The notes beneath the pieces were generated by a model. The model made no database searches, was not told the origin of the DNA, and worked only from the letters and a program-made list of their open reading frames with translations. From Escherichia phage ime09, in the sequence record NC_019503.1: DNA of 64,000 bases; one strand, given 5' to 3'. Numbering within the stretch: position 1 is the stretch's first letter; each line of letters starts with the position of its first letter. A program made the translations under genes and the position numbers. Of this stretch, positions 29,030 through 39,912 are shown piece by piece.

Positions 29030-29593
29030 TTACCATTCCAATGCTAGTTTTTTGAGTTGTTTCTGTTCTTTTACATTCTTAGTCACTTCTTTTAAAAAAT
29101 CATCCGTGACTAAACCTTTTAGTTCTTTTAATACTAAAGGAAGTTTTCCATTTTTAGTAAGAATTGATTTATAGTTAATTGCATCATTTGTATTAACTTG
29201 ATACCGCTTAGCAAGTAACTTAATAATCAATACTTCAGTAGAATCTTCTACCAGTTTTGCCCATTTACCATATCTTTTACCACGAGGAACAGCAGCCATC
29301 AGATAATTAAAATGGGCTTCATCGCTTAAACCTGATCCAATTAAATTCATAGCATATACAGCTGGCATGCATTCAGGAAATTGTGATAATGCATTCTCAA
29401 CCATGTATTTTGAATAATCTTTTTGAGCAATAGAGCATTTAGTTTTATTATTAATAGCTCCAATTATTTCAAAAAACTCATTTTCAGCTTTTTCTTTAAA
29501 AGAATCAGCAGCAGATTGGACAGCTGTCCAATCTTTTGAATACCAAGCAACTTGATGCTCGTTTAATTGAATATCATCTTCAAATAAGCTCAT
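29030..29593 (-). CDS. 62: clamp loader small subunit gp62
   Basis: 187 aa between regA and 44. Confidence 0.88.
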   Translation of the reverse strand: MSLFEDDIQLNEHQVAWYSKDWTAVQSAADSFKEKAENEFFEIIGAINNKTKCSIAQKDYSKYMVENALSQFPECMPAVYAMNLIGSGLSDEAHFNYLMAAVPRGKRYGKWAKLVEDSTEVLIIKLLAKRYQVNTNDAINYKSILTKNGKLPLVLKELKGLVTDDFLKEVTKNVKEQKQLKKLALEW

Positions 29594-29594
29594 A

Positions 29595-30569
29595 TCACTT
29601 CCACTGCATTTCGCATGCCAATTGAATGAAAAGATATGCTAAATGTAATTCCGTATTAGCCGCAATTCCGTGATACTGGTTATTTTCACCAACAATTTCA
29701 TACATACGAATAATACTTTGCGGAGTTACGCGTGTATAAATTTCTTCGGCAAGTTTACCTACGAACCACGAATAATCAGCTGCATATTTTGGTGCTAAAG
29801 CTCTGAGCTGTTTAACATCTTTATTTTTGAGAGATTCAAGAACATCATCAATAGCACCACGATCGTTAGTAACCAGTGATAAAATACCAGCATCCAAAAC
29901 ACCTTTAGACGAATAACTATCGAGCTCGCCAATAGTTTTACGAAAATCAGGAAAATTCTTTTTAACCAAAGCTGCTACAACTTTCATATCAGCTATAGCA
30001 ATTCCTTCATGCTTACAGATTTCAGTCAATCGACGAATCATCTGCTTCATCATTTCAATTTTATCTTCATCGGTCGGTTGACCGAACGTAATAACGCGGC
30101 AGCGTGACTGAAGCGGTTTAATAATACCATCAATATTGTTAGCAGTAATAATAATACTACAGTTTGAACTATAAGCTTCCATAAAGGAACGAAGATGTCG
30201 TTGAGACTCTGCTAGCCCTGAACGGTCAAATTCATCAATAACGATTACTTTTTGACGACCATCAAATGAAGCTGCACTAGCAAAATTAGTTAAAGGACCA
30301 CGAACGAAATCAATTTTACAATCTGACCCATTCACAAACATCATATCAGCATTTACATCATGACACAATGCTTTTGCTACAGTTGTTTTACCTGTTCCTG
30401 GAGAAGGAGAATGAAGAATAATATGTGGAATCTTACCTTTACTTGTAATAGATTTAAAGGTTTCTTTATCAAAGGCGGGAAGAATACATTCATCGATAGT
30501 AGATGGACGATATTTCTGTTCAAGAATGTGTTCTTTTTCATTTACAGTAATCATAATTTCCTCATTCAA
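29595..30569 (-). CDS. 44: clamp loader large subunit gp44 (AAA+)
   Basis: 324 aa; Walker [11 protein letters not shown], Walker B VIVIDEFD. Confidence 0.93.
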   Translation of the reverse strand: MNEEIMITVNEKEHILEQKYRPSTIDECILPAFDKETFKSITSKGKIPHIILHSPSPGTGKTTVAKALCHDVNADMMFVNGSDCKIDFVRGPLTNFASAASFDGRQKVIVIDEFDRSGLAESQRHLRSFMEAYSSNCSIIITANNIDGIIKPLQSRCRVITFGQPTDEDKIEMMKQMIRRLTEICKHEGIAIADMKVVAALVKKNFPDFRKTIGELDSYSSKGVLDAGILSLVTNDRGAIDDVLESLKNKDVKQLRALAPKYAADYSWFVGKLAEEIYTRVTPQSIIRMYEIVGENNQYHGIAANTELHLAYLFIQLACEMQWK

Positions 30570-30586
30570 GTTTTAGTGTAAATTAT

Positions 30587-30604
30587 AAAGGGCCGAAGCC
30601 CTTT
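30587..30604 (-). terminator. rho-independent terminator/attenuator after gene 45
   Basis: aaagggccgaagcccttt. Confidence 0.55.
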
Positions 30605-30605
30605 A

Positions 30606-31292
30606 TTAAAAGTCGTGGGTAGAATCAGCTTCAAGAGCTACTACATAATTCGCATGTTCACCTTCAAATTTAGCAGCGCCTTGTTTACCTTTTGCCCAGA
30701 GAAGAAGTTTATAATTTCCTGGTTGCATTTTCATATTTGCCATATTGATAATGAAATTAAATGTATTTTCACCATCATAATCACCAAGAGTCAAAGAATA
30801 TTTAACACGGGTCAAAGCAGAATCTTCTACTTTGTTAAAACCGTTAATTACAATTTTACCTTCTTTTACTGTGATAGCAATTGTATCAATCTGCAGACCG
30901 CGAGATACACGCAACAGCTGTTGAAGGTCTTCAGCTTTAATTTCAGTAACAACAGATGCTACCGGGAATGGAATTGGTTTATTAGGAGCAACTACTGTAC
31001 TCGGATCAGCTGCTGGCCAAAAAATTGTTGAACGGGCATCAGCAATTTTAATATTACCATCTTCTGACTGGGAAATTTCTGCATCATCATTAACGAGAGA
31101 CAGAATACCAAGAAAACCGTTCAAATCGTAAATCGCTACATCAAAATCAATAGTGTCAGAAATATTTGCTTCTGCATAAGTTGTACCATTAACCGCGCGA
31201 GTCATAATAAATTGACCGGATTTAAGCATAATACCAGAGTTAATAGTAGCGAAATTTTTGAGCAGAGCAGTAGTATCTTTAGACAGTTTCAT
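30606..31292 (-). CDS. 45: sliding clamp gp45
   Basis: 228 aa; matches T4 gp45. Confidence 0.93.
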   Translation of the reverse strand: MKLSKDTTALLKNFATINSGIMLKSGQFIMTRAVNGTTYAEANISDTIDFDVAIYDLNGFLGILSLVNDDAEISQSEDGNIKIADARSTIFWPAADPSTVVAPNKPIPFPVASVVTEIKAEDLQQLLRVSRGLQIDTIAITVKEGKIVINGFNKVEDSALTRVKYSLTLGDYDGENTFNFIINMANMKMQPGNYKLLLWAKGKQGAAKFEGEHANYVVALEADSTHDF

Positions 31293-31347
31293 GTAATTTC
31301 CTTCAATTCAAATGAGATTTAATTTTATAACTAATTTAATAAAGCAA

Positions 31348-31737
31348 TTAACGATTAAAATCAGCAGCAATTGTTTCCGCAACAATTTGAGCAGCAACAA
31401 TTAGACGTTCATCTGCATTACCACAATAATCATCTTCAAGGCGTTCACCGCATGAAGTCATAATAAATTTAGCACCAGCATTTAGAGATTCTGCCGTATG
31501 TTTGCGCATCAGTTCAATCCATTTATCGCTCACTTCACGATCGATAGCTTCATAATACGCATGACGAGCAGGTGCAGATTTAATTTTGCTCTGAATAACT
31601 TCCATCGCGTTATCAGAAAGAGACAAAACCCATGCTCGACGAATTTTATTTTGGTTTTGTGGATTTGATTCAGAACGCACGTGTTTTGGCTGAATATCTT
31701 TTACATCAACAGTATAATTCACAGTAATTTTAGTCAT
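31348..31737 (-). CDS. rpbA: RNA polymerase binding protein RpbA
   Basis: 129 aa adjacent to gene 45 as in T4. Confidence 0.65.
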   Translation of the reverse strand: MTKITVNYTVDVKDIQPKHVRSESNPQNQNKIRRAWVLSLSDNAMEVIQSKIKSAPARHAYYEAIDREVSDKWIELMRKHTAESLNAGAKFIMTSCGERLEDDYCGNADERLIVAAQIVAETIAADFNR

Positions 31738-31746
31738 AATACACCT

Positions 31747-31935
31747 TTAGTCATAATAATCAGTAACAGTCCAAGCTTCATTTCTGTTGGACATTATTTT
31801 CGTATATTCTGATTTAAATGCATTCTTAAGCATAGATTCAGTAACTATATGCTCTTCATTAGAAAAATTATTTCTCAGAATATATCGTTTTATTTCAGGA
31901 ATAGTTAATAGATGCTGTCCAGTTGAATATTCCAT
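31747..31935 (-). CDS. hypothetical protein (62 aa)
   Basis: co-directional ORF after a middle-type promoter. Confidence 0.45.
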   Translation of the reverse strand: MEYSTGQHLLTIPEIKRYILRNNFSNEEHIVTESMLKNAFKSEYTKIMSNRNEAWTVTDYYD

Positions 31936-31952
31936 GTTTTTCCTCCATAGAG

Positions 31953-31976
31953 ATTATACTCTAATAAATTAAAGCA
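31953..31976 (-). promoter_or_regulatory. candidate MotA-dependent middle promoter (TGCTTTA box, 11-nt spacer, TATAAT)
   Basis: reverse complement of 31970..31976 is TGCTTTA; -10 at 31953..31958. Confidence 0.45.
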
Positions 31977-31990
31977 TAATCTCTTATAAA

Positions 31991-33673
31991 TTAAACCATT
32001 ACAGTAAACCGACCAACTTTCTTCATTTGGAGATGCTGACCATATGCTTGTGGGTCATGGTCTCTATGCGAAATAACAAAAACGTTAGTATTTTTTAAAC
32101 TATCTAAAATAGTTGAAATAGCTTTTACACCTTCAACATCAGTTGCTGAATCAAAAACTTCATCGAGAATTAGTGTGTTTATTTTAACACCTGAAACTTT
32201 TTCAGCAATATCACGCCAAGTAAATAAAAGAGCAATATCAATTCGTGCTTTTTCACCTTGACTAAATGAAGCATAACTAAAATCTTCACGACCACGGGAT
32301 TTAATTGTTTCATTAAATTCTTCATCTAATGTAAACACATAATCCGCTTCCATTATTTTAAGATAATGGTTAATTTGCTTATTAAATAATGGAATGTACT
32401 TTTTAATAATAGCACCTTTAATACCAGAATCTTTGAGCATATCAGTCAAAATTCCTCTGTGGTATTTTTCCATTACTAAATTAGTTTTTGTCTTAACAAT
32501 TTTATCAAGTTCTTCTTGAAGCAGTGCTATTTCATCAGCATGGTCAATAAACTCGGATGATGCTTTTTCTATAGCTGCTTTAACTTTTTTAGCTTTATCT
32601 ACAGTCGTGATTAGAGATTGCTTTTTATTGCGAATATCATTCGCCAGCGTCTGCTGGGTTTTAATATTATCTCGGTATTCATCAACGAGAACTTTTAAAT
32701 TATCACGATGTGTTGAAAGCTGTTCAAACGAATGCGTGCATTCAGAAACTTTATCTTTAATTTTAGAAACAACTTTATCACCGGAACTTAATTGTGACAA
32801 ACAGGTTGGACATAATCCACCTTCGTGATACATATTAATGACTTTATTATACGAGTCAATTTTTGATTTAATTAAAAATGCTTCTTGACCGATTTTATTA
32901 AATGCATCAGTCGGGTCTTCATCCAAAACAATATTAACTAATCTTTCATTAGCTTCTTCTATTTCCGATTTTAGCGTTCTAGCTTCTTTTGCCAAATCAT
33001 CATACATATTCTGTAGACGAGTAAGGTTGTCACCAGTTAATTTTTTCTGGCGTTCAACGTTATCATTATATATTTTAATTTGCTGGATAATACTATCTTT
33101 TTTAACATCAAGCACTTGGTTTTGTGAATTTAATTCACGTATTAGTGCTTTATTAAGCTTATCCATTTCAGCTAATGTTCCTACCTCAAGCAGGTCTTCG
33201 ACGAGTTTTCTTCTTGCAGGAGTGGATAGGCCCATAAAAGGGGTATATCCAGCCGTGCCGAGTACGACGATCTGTTTGAAACTGGCGTATGACATTCCGA
33301 TAAGCTGTTCAAATTCTGCTTGGAAATCTTTACTGCTGGCAGATTCATTAAGACGTGTACCGTTAACGGTGATTTCGAAAACGTTTGGTTTTTGTCCTCT
33401 TTTGATGTAGTACTTTTTCTCATCATATTCCATCCACAGTTCAACTAAAAGTTCTTTCTTATTTGTGCTGTTTATTAATTGACCTTTCTTTACATCACGA
33501 AATGGCTTGCCAAAAAGCCCAAATGTGATGGCTTCTAACATAGTAGACTTACCACCGCCATTTCGCCCGGTAATAAGAGTTTTTTGAACCTTATCTAGTT
33601 GAATGTCAATAGGATTTCCACCTACTGACATTATATTTTGATACCTAACTCGGTTTAGTTTAAAATTCTTCAC
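31991..33673 (-). CDS. 46: recombination exonuclease subunit gp46 (Rad50/SbcC-like)
   Basis: 560 aa; Walker A GRNGGGKST, coiled-coil middle, CPTC hook. Confidence 0.93.
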   Translation of the reverse strand: MKNFKLNRVRYQNIMSVGGNPIDIQLDKVQKTLITGRNGGGKSTMLEAITFGLFGKPFRDVKKGQLINSTNKKELLVELWMEYDEKKYYIKRGQKPNVFEITVNGTRLNESASSKDFQAEFEQLIGMSYASFKQIVVLGTAGYTPFMGLSTPARRKLVEDLLEVGTLAEMDKLNKALIRELNSQNQVLDVKKDSIIQQIKIYNDNVERQKKLTGDNLTRLQNMYDDLAKEARTLKSEIEEANERLVNIVLDEDPTDAFNKIGQEAFLIKSKIDSYNKVINMYHEGGLCPTCLSQLSSGDKVVSKIKDKVSECTHSFEQLSTHRDNLKVLVDEYRDNIKTQQTLANDIRNKKQSLITTVDKAKKVKAAIEKASSEFIDHADEIALLQEELDKIVKTKTNLVMEKYHRGILTDMLKDSGIKGAIIKKYIPLFNKQINHYLKIMEADYVFTLDEEFNETIKSRGREDFSYASFSQGEKARIDIALLFTWRDIAEKVSGVKINTLILDEVFDSATDVEGVKAISTILDSLKNTNVFVISHRDHDPQAYGQHLQMKKVGRFTVMV

Positions 33674-33933
33674 AAAAGATTCCTTTTAATGTATCTTTTA
33701 GACCATTCTATCATATCATCATAATCTAAAAAGTATTCATCAAATTCAGCCATGCAAACAACACCTTGTGCTGCCTTTGATGTGATATAAATTATTCCAA
33801 CATATCTAGAATCTTCTTCGGTGTAATCAATATTTGCTATGAATTCATCGTTAATGTCAAATGTCGAAAACTTCACAGTATGCATCCTTAATGCAAGATA
33901 CAGCCATATCTTGTAATGATTTAGGTGTGTCAT
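33670..33933 (-). CDS. hypothetical protein (46.1 position)
   Basis: 87-aa ORF; real start may be internal Met near 33882. Confidence 0.5.
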   Translation of the reverse strand: MTHLNHYKIWLYLALRMHTVKFSTFDINDEFIANIDYTEEDSRYVGIIYITSKAAQGVVCMAEFDEYFLDYDDMIEWSKRYIKRNLL

Positions 33934-34120
33934 TATCTAAAATGTTGAAGTTAAAAGATACAGCCCAGTCAGTGCAGACCGTAACCTTTTTAATACAATT
34001 ATCTTCAACCTCTAGCGGTTCAAACCAATATTCAATAATTTCTTTATGCCCAATATCATCTTTTACTTCGCATTCAAAATGCTGACTCATCATAACATTT
34101 TTAAATTCATCAAAAGTCAT
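33857..34120 (-). CDS. hypothetical protein (46.2 position)
   Basis: 87-aa ORF overlapping gp47 start. Confidence 0.5.
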   Translation of the reverse strand: MTFDEFKNVMMSQHFECEVKDDIGHKEIIEYWFEPLEVEDNCIKKVTVCTDWAVSFNFNILDNDTPKSLQDMAVSCIKDAYCEVFDI

Positions 34121-35136
34121 TGTGTTGCCTCTACATATAACTGATTTGCATATTGAATAAGTGCTTCGCGATCAGAATCAGTGATGTCTGGAATTGCATT
34201 AATGTATTCTTCCATCAACGTCTGAAGAGATTGAACTTCAACTTCTTCGCTATCATCTGACTCGACAGAGTTATCAATCTTTGACACAACTCGTAATGAA
34301 TGCACAACTTTTTCTAGTTCAGATTCGAACTTCGTTAGATTTTTGTCTACTTCGGTTACTATAACACGTACTGATAGATTTGTAAAATCTTTATAGTCAA
34401 TTTTTCCCTTAAATGGATATTGAATTCGACGATGCCAGGTGGTGTTGTTTGGAATAAATTCCATTCGTTCTGTTTCTGTATCAAACATCCAGAACCCACG
34501 AGGGTCATTCTCGTCACCTGCAGTTAGTGTCCATGGTGTCCCAATATATCTGACGTTAGCAGCCTCAGAGATAGTATGGAAGTGACCAGACCACACCTCT
34601 TTATAAGTCTTAAGGAAATCAGGTTCAAGACCGTGAGATTTCATTCCTTTATAAAAATAAAATCCATTCAGTTCCCAGTGACCGACACAAAAAGAAGCAG
34701 ATGAAGTTTTGATGTGTTCAAGAATTTCACCAGTATTTTCTTCGCACATCCAAGGAATTAAATCAATCAAACATCCGTCAAAATCTACTGTAGTAGGCTT
34801 ATCATATACTTTAACATTAGGATATTTAGCCAAAAGCTCAGTAGAAGCATTTGGAGTTAAAGTATTTTTAAAGTGCATATCATGGTTTCCTACAACAGTA
34901 TGTAGGGTAATACCAGCATCATCAAGCATTTGAACTATTTCACGGGCGAACTCCATAGTTTTATGTGTGATTGCTTTTCGCACATCAAAAATATCGCCAT
35001 ATTGAATCCATATAGTAATTCCGTTTTTCTTAGAATATTCTATTGCTTGTTTAATTCCATCCAACTGAATGGATTGAACCCACTCATCATCGGCTTTAAC
35101 ACCTAAATGCCAATCACCTAAATTTAAAATTTTCAT
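34117..35136 (-). CDS. 47: recombination nuclease subunit gp47 (Mre11/SbcD-like)
   Basis: 339 aa; calcineurin-like phosphoesterase motifs (DWHLG, GDIFD, GNHD). Confidence 0.93.
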   Translation of the reverse strand: MKILNLGDWHLGVKADDEWVQSIQLDGIKQAIEYSKKNGITIWIQYGDIFDVRKAITHKTMEFAREIVQMLDDAGITLHTVVGNHDMHFKNTLTPNASTELLAKYPNVKVYDKPTTVDFDGCLIDLIPWMCEENTGEILEHIKTSSASFCVGHWELNGFYFYKGMKSHGLEPDFLKTYKEVWSGHFHTISEAANVRYIGTPWTLTAGDENDPRGFWMFDTETERMEFIPNNTTWHRRIQYPFKGKIDYKDFTNLSVRVIVTEVDKNLTKFESELEKVVHSLRVVSKIDNSVESDDSEEVEVQSLQTLMEEYINAIPDITDSDREALIQYANQLYVEATQ

Positions 35137-35296
35137 ATGTCAAGAACCGCCATTGAAATGCAAAATAAAATTATTGAAATAAATCCATCTGGAGTACTAA
35201 AGAACCCAATCCAACATGCTCTGGTGAACAAATAAAACGCTAGAAAAAGTATCACATATCCAAGAAATATCATTATATCAAACTCCGTATAAAGCT

Positions 35297-35314
35297 AAAG
35301 GGCCGAAGCCCTTT
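35297..35314 (-). terminator. rho-independent terminator after agt
   Basis: aaagggccgaagcccttt, identical stem-loop to 30587..30604. Confidence 0.55.
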
Positions 35315-36515
35315 ATTTTGTAATAATGTCAAACTGTTCTTTAAAGCAGAAGCTTGAATCTTGATGCTGATACAAAAATTCATAAGCTTTTTCGCGTTCA
35401 CGGTCATAAAGAGCTCGGTCAGATGACAGTTCTTTAATACGTTCAAATGTTGATTCCATGTCATTTTCATCAAACCAAACGATACCACTATCATGAGAAA
35501 TTAACGGAGTATTATCAACACGGAATTTTAAATTTTCGCCAGTAGATTTCCAAAATACTGGAATTGTTCCGCACGCACCAAGCTCGAGATGAGTATATTC
35601 TAAAGAACGTTGTAGATATTTTTTATCCAACTTACTCAACTGATAACCAAATCCGGATTTACTCATGCGTTCAAGCATTTCGCTATTTACATAACGGTCG
35701 AGAATTTGCGTTGGCAAATTAGGAGCAATTTTAATTTGGTCTACTTGATGAAGACGATAATACTCGTATGGAATTCCTTTTTCTTTAATAGGAATGAACG
35801 CTGGAGAACGTTCCAGACCTTCCATAATAGTACTTAGTCCTGCAGGTTTAAGATGTTTTTCGTGAAAATCAAACATCTGATAAAAACCTTTCCATGTAGT
35901 CGTACGACCAATCCAGCGGTTGACATTCATGTTAATTTCAGAAACATCTTTCCAGTAGGTTGATCGAACCTTCGCAATATCCATAGGAGGCTGAAAGTTG
36001 TATACGGTCGGTGCTTCTTCAATATCATCAAACAGAGAAACTGTTTCTGGATACCATTCTTTCATCAGAACTTTATTAAAATCACCATTATCAGAATGAC
36101 TAAAAATAACATCAGCTCGACGAACAGTTTCTTCTAATCCCAAATTTCGGCGCAAAGAAAGAGAAGAATGGTCATGTTGATAAACTACAACACGAACTGA
36201 AGGTTTAATGTTATCAATAATTTTTTTATAGTTATTAATAGTGTCTTCTTCTACTGAAGTAGCAGGAACTGAATTGATAATTAGAATATCACAATCATTT
36301 ACCAGCTTAAGTGTTTTATCGTATTCTTTTGCCAATAAAACCGGAATTGAAAATGATTTATAATCATGCGCGCAATTACGAGTAAATGATTTATCTTTAG
36401 CATAAACCAAAGTTACTTCATGACCATTTTTAATAAACCAATCACGCTGCTCGAGAGAAAATTTAGTTACGCCGCAACCTTCAAGACCTCGAGCCATAAA
36501 AATACATACTTTCAT
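35313..36515 (-). CDS. agt: DNA alpha-glucosyltransferase
   Basis: 400 aa, MKVCIFMARGLEGCGVTKF... near-identical to remembered T4 AGT. Confidence 0.93.
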   Translation of the reverse strand: MKVCIFMARGLEGCGVTKFSLEQRDWFIKNGHEVTLVYAKDKSFTRNCAHDYKSFSIPVLLAKEYDKTLKLVNDCDILIINSVPATSVEEDTINNYKKIIDNIKPSVRVVVYQHDHSSLSLRRNLGLEETVRRADVIFSHSDNGDFNKVLMKEWYPETVSLFDDIEEAPTVYNFQPPMDIAKVRSTYWKDVSEINMNVNRWIGRTTTWKGFYQMFDFHEKHLKPAGLSTIMEGLERSPAFIPIKEKGIPYEYYRLHQVDQIKIAPNLPTQILDRYVNSEMLERMSKSGFGYQLSKLDKKYLQRSLEYTHLELGACGTIPVFWKSTGENLKFRVDNTPLISHDSGIVWFDENDMESTFERIKELSSDRALYDREREKAYEFLYQHQDSSFCFKEQFDIITK

Positions 36516-36539
36516 TTAATATCCTCATTGTTTTGGTTT

Positions 36540-36563
36540 ATTTTACCAAAAATTTATAAAGCA
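36540..36563 (-). promoter_or_regulatory. candidate MotA-dependent middle promoter upstream of agt
   Basis: TGCTTTA box (rc of 36557..36563) about 11 nt from TAAAAT -10. Confidence 0.4.
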
Positions 36564-36565
36564 AT

Positions 36566-36585
36566 ATAGGAGCCGAAGCTCCTAT
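36566..36585 (-). terminator. rho-independent terminator
   Basis: ataggagccgaagctcctat. Confidence 0.5.
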
Positions 36586-36758
36586 CCGCATAATACACCA
36601 TACAGAGGCTCATTAGAGCTTCTAAATTTTATACGCTTATATGTTATAGTTCCTTCTGCTTTAGCTTTATCATGAGACTCTTTAAAGCGTCTCATCATTT
36701 CTACTTTAGAGGAACGAATTTTATTATAATCTATTTCAGAAGTCTGGGTGTTCATCTT

Positions 36759-36965
36759 TCACAGTTGCCACCATTTTTTGACTTGATAGGAATCAACCCA
36801 CACTTTCATATTAGGGTCTGCTCTTACAATAGGAGGATTAACTTCTTTAATTGAACTATCATGGTATTCTTTTTCAGAAATTTTCACGCAAAGATGACCA
36901 TTCAAAGATTCAGTAAATCCTGCATTAATTTTAAGACGCTTGAATTTTACGTGTGTAAGCATCAA
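36759..36965 (-). CDS. hypothetical protein (68 aa)
   Basis: co-directional ORF. Confidence 0.45.
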   Translation of the reverse strand: MMLTHVKFKRLKINAGFTESLNGHLCVKISEKEYHDSSIKEVNPPIVRADPNMKVWVDSYQVKKWWQL

Positions 36966-37248
36966 TCATATCCTCAATCTGCGATCTAGTAGTCTTCCAA
37001 AGAATACTAATAAGTTCATCGTTATATGGCTGTTTTAGAATATCCCGACTTTTCTTGATAGCATATTCGTATTGAGCAAAATTATTGTTTTCAGCTGCAA
37101 TCTGAGCGTGCTTATAAAGACGGTTCAGTTCGCGTTTGTTTTTAGACAATAACTTATTTGCTTTTCTTTCTGCTTCAAGACGGTTCTTTTCTTCAATAGA
37201 AGAAATAAGCTTTTCCACTTCATCATTAATTTCGGGTTTATCAGTCAT
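36931..37248 (-). CDS. hypothetical protein (105 aa)
   Basis: co-directional ORF. Confidence 0.5.
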   Translation of the reverse strand: MTDKPEINDEVEKLISSIEEKNRLEAERKANKLLSKNKRELNRLYKHAQIAAENNNFAQYEYAIKKSRDILKQPYNDELISILWKTTRSQIEDMIDAYTRKIQAS

Positions 37249-37249
37249 A

Positions 37250-37468
37250 TTATTTCTCTAATATAAAATAAAAATCATCATCTGTTAAATGATACCGATA
37301 GTTTAATTCTACACCATTAGATTTAAAAGCGGTATCATACGGATTTTCTGGATCAATATCAATGTCAAGAGCTAAAACTTCCCTGAGATACATTTTAAGT
37401 AAATAGGGAATAGCTTCAACTTCAGGTATTTCTTCCAAGAATCCGGAGAGGTTAATCGTTAGCCTCAT
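37250..37468 (-). CDS. hypothetical protein (72 aa)
   Basis: co-directional ORF. Confidence 0.45.
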
Positions 37469-38009
37469 ATAAAAAATCCAAACTAGGAGAATCGTCTACA
37501 ACACTTTTCTTTTCAGCCCCCGGTGTTCTATAGGTTGATTCTTCGTAATGCGTCATTTTATCGTAGATGTCTTGAATAAAAGTTTCATCTACTAACGCAA
37601 CCATATCGTCGTCACGACTGTCATAGACATTGTGAACGAAGTAACTGTATTTCTTTGCAACTTCCTTACGTTCTTTTTTAATACGTTGGACGAATGCATT
37701 AAAACAAGCTTGAGTTATATATGCATGTGGGTTTTTATATTTCGTTTCATCAAAATTATGAAGCCCCTTAATAGAAGCTTCTATACCATCTGCAATCATT
37801 TCTTGTTTCCAGGATTGGGTGTATCCTGAAAAGTTGAAACGTTTAGATAAGCCTTCTGCAATAAGCATAATGGCTAATCCGATAGTATCATTCTGACGAA
37901 CTACTTTATTTGGGTCTTTATTATTTGCTAATTCTGTTTTCCAATCAATAATAGCTTGTAAAAGCTCTTTATTGTTTACGTAATTATATTTAGGCTTAGT
38001 TTCTGACAT
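37452..38009 (-). CDS. 55: late sigma factor gp55
   Basis: track ORF 37452..38015; [23 protein letters not shown]... matches T4 gp55 from third codon. Confidence 0.9.
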
Positions 38010-38087
38010 TTTCACCTCTTAGCTCAATTCATAGATCTATTATATCATAATATTTGAAGATCTATCTTAAAGCATAGAGGATATCAG

Positions 38088-38357
38088 TTATCTAAGTAAG
38101 CAGTATGCTTGGAATACTTTCTCCATCATCTTTTTAAATTCATGAATATCTATATAATGACTAGTTAAATCAGCATGATATAAAAAGTCTAAAAACTTTT
38201 CATGTGTGCTAACATATTCACTTTCATTTAATTCAGAAACATGGCTTTCCCAATATCCAACACCAGTCTTATTTGGGAAAAATGAAATTTTCATGTATTG
38301 GTCAACATAGAAAATGCCATAATTTTCAATAGTAATAGAAATATTAATAAATTTCAT
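38088..38357 (-). CDS. hypothetical protein (89 aa)
   Basis: co-directional ORF. Confidence 0.45.
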   Translation of the reverse strand: MKFINISITIENYGIFYVDQYMKISFFPNKTGVGYWESHVSELNESEYVSTHEKFLDFLYHADLTSHYIDIHEFKKMMEKVFQAYCLLR

Positions 38358-38575
38358 ACATTCATCAACTTAGCCGCTTCAAGAGCTGCATCTAACGAAT
38401 CAAACTGGTCAACGTATTCAATCAATTCGCCATAATTAGCGTATAACCACCATTGGCTAAATTCATACTCAAGGATGAATCCATTTCCTTCAATTTGAGT
38501 TAAACCAATGCCATTTGTATTTACTTCATATCCGGCAAGACGTAAATCGTTAATAAGAGCTTCGTTCATATTCAT
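38354..38575 (-). CDS. hypothetical protein (73 aa)
   Basis: co-directional ORF. Confidence 0.45.
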   Translation of the reverse strand: MNMNEALINDLRLAGYEVNTNGIGLTQIEGNGFILEYEFSQWWLYANYGELIEYVDQFDSLDAALEAAKLMNV

Positions 38576-38898
38576 ACCTTAGCAATTTTCAGGTCAGCAA
38601 ATTTTTTCTTGCGTTGATTTTTCATACGACGAATAGTTTTATCGGAAATTTCATGCTTTTGATAAGCTTTAGATTCTACACCAAAAGCTTTAACATCAAA
38701 TTCTGACAAGATATATTGAACCAACAATTCGCGGACAGTATTGCGTCCAATCTTCTGATCATTCTGTTTCATCGTCTGATGAAGCTCTTTTTCCCATTTA
38801 TCCAAAATTTGAGGAGTTACAATATCGCCTTTTTCTAGCAAAGAAACTACTTTATCATATGCGTAAGAATTGATGGCGTTTTTAATTTGAATAGTCAT
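38572..38898 (-). CDS. hypothetical protein (108 aa)
   Basis: co-directional ORF followed by terminator. Confidence 0.5.
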   Translation of the reverse strand: MTIQIKNAINSYAYDKVVSLLEKGDIVTPQILDKWEKELHQTMKQNDQKIGRNTVRELLVQYILSEFDVKAFGVESKAYQKHEISDKTIRRMKNQRKKKFADLKIAKV

Positions 38899-38936
38899 AC
38901 ATTATCCTCAATTGCATTAAAATTTTATTATCCAAA

Positions 38937-38953
38937 AAGGGCCGAAGCCCTTA
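38937..38953 (-). terminator. rho-independent terminator
   Basis: aaagggccgaagccctt. Confidence 0.55.
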
Positions 38954-39151
38954 GCTAAACTGTTTGGCACCCTTCCAGCCTTCGTACATCATTGCGGCTG
39001 ATATTAATATTGCTCCTGCGCATTTTGAATATTTGTGATTCCAAAACCAGTTTAGAAAAACTTCGTCATCAATACCTTGGGCTATCATATTTTCAAAGAA
39101 CTGACGACGAGCTTCAGCAATTCGTTGCGATAATTTAGATTCAGGATTCAT
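38951..39151 (-). CDS. hypothetical protein (66 aa)
   Basis: co-directional ORF. Confidence 0.45.
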   Translation of the reverse strand: MNPESKLSQRIAEARRQFFENMIAQGIDDEVFLNWFWNHKYSKCAGAILISAAMMYEGWKGAKQFS

Positions 39152-39367
39152 TTAAATTTTCCAGTTACCATTTTCATCAATAAATTTAATCCAGTCATTT
39201 ACTGACCACCTGGTCGTATCGCCTTTTGGAGCAACATTTAAAGTGTATAATCCTTGTTTAAAAAGCATGCGTTTGATATTCATATTTTCCTCAGCTGTAA
39301 CGATAGCACTCGTTTGATTTACGCTTAGCAACTCGTTGAGAAGTATTGTAATCAAAATCATCGTCAA
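39152..39367 (-). CDS. hypothetical protein (71 aa or shorter)
   Basis: ORF overlapping next gene; start uncertain. Confidence 0.35.
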   Translation of the reverse strand: MTMILITILLNELLSVNQTSAIVTAEENMNIKRMLFKQGLYTLNVAPKGDTTRWSVNDWIKFIDENGNWKI

Positions 39368-39584
39368 TGTAAACTGATTTTTTCAACTTTCTTACTTCAC
39401 CACGTAATTGACGATTTAGCTCATCTTTAACTTCTGAATCGATGCCTTTCATTCTACGCCATTTATCTGAGCGAAAAATGTTTTCGACCATATCTTTATG
39501 ACTTACACCATCAGGAGCTTTACGCTTTCCGAAATAGTCATAATCACGAACTTTTAAGTCTTTACGACGATACGTTTTACCCAT
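39291..39584 (-). CDS. hypothetical basic protein (97 aa)
   Basis: track ORF 39291..39623 trimmed to MGKTYRRKDL... Confidence 0.45.
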   Translation of the reverse strand: MGKTYRRKDLKVRDYDYFGKRKAPDGVSHKDMVENIFRSDKWRRMKGIDSEVKDELNRQLRGEVRKLKKSVYIDDDFDYNTSQRVAKRKSNECYRYS

Positions 39585-39783
39585 GGAGTTTAATTTCCTT
39601 AGCAACTGAACTAAATACAGCACGATCGCAAATCATCTGTTTATTCCATTTAAGTACAGTATAATGAACATCTAGATCATCTACTGCTGTAACAATAACA
39701 ATATGTCCGTTAACACGATAATACTGATCCCTTTTAATCTCTTTATCAACCATATCAAATCCTCAAAGGCAATTCATATGTTA

Positions 39784-39813
39784 ATAATACCACAGTTTGA
39801 ACTTCTTGTAAAC
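39784..39813 (-). promoter_or_regulatory. early promoter GTTTAC-N18-TATTAT
   Basis: between nrdH terminator and downstream small genes. Confidence 0.5.
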
Positions 39814-39892
39814 AACTTTGTGAAAATTATTTTAGGGAATGATAAGAAGGGAACGATAGCTTAGAATGGTAATATACAGAATGTGAGAAAGA

Positions 39893-39912
39893 AAGGCCCA
39901 GAGGGCCCGTCT
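39893..39912 (-). terminator. rho-independent terminator after nrdH
   Basis: GC stem ggccc/gggcc followed by U-rich tract on transcript. Confidence 0.45.

Noticed and set aside
35273-35494. Minus-strand 73-aa ORF
   Set aside because: Out-of-frame overlap with the 3' end of agt; no independent support.
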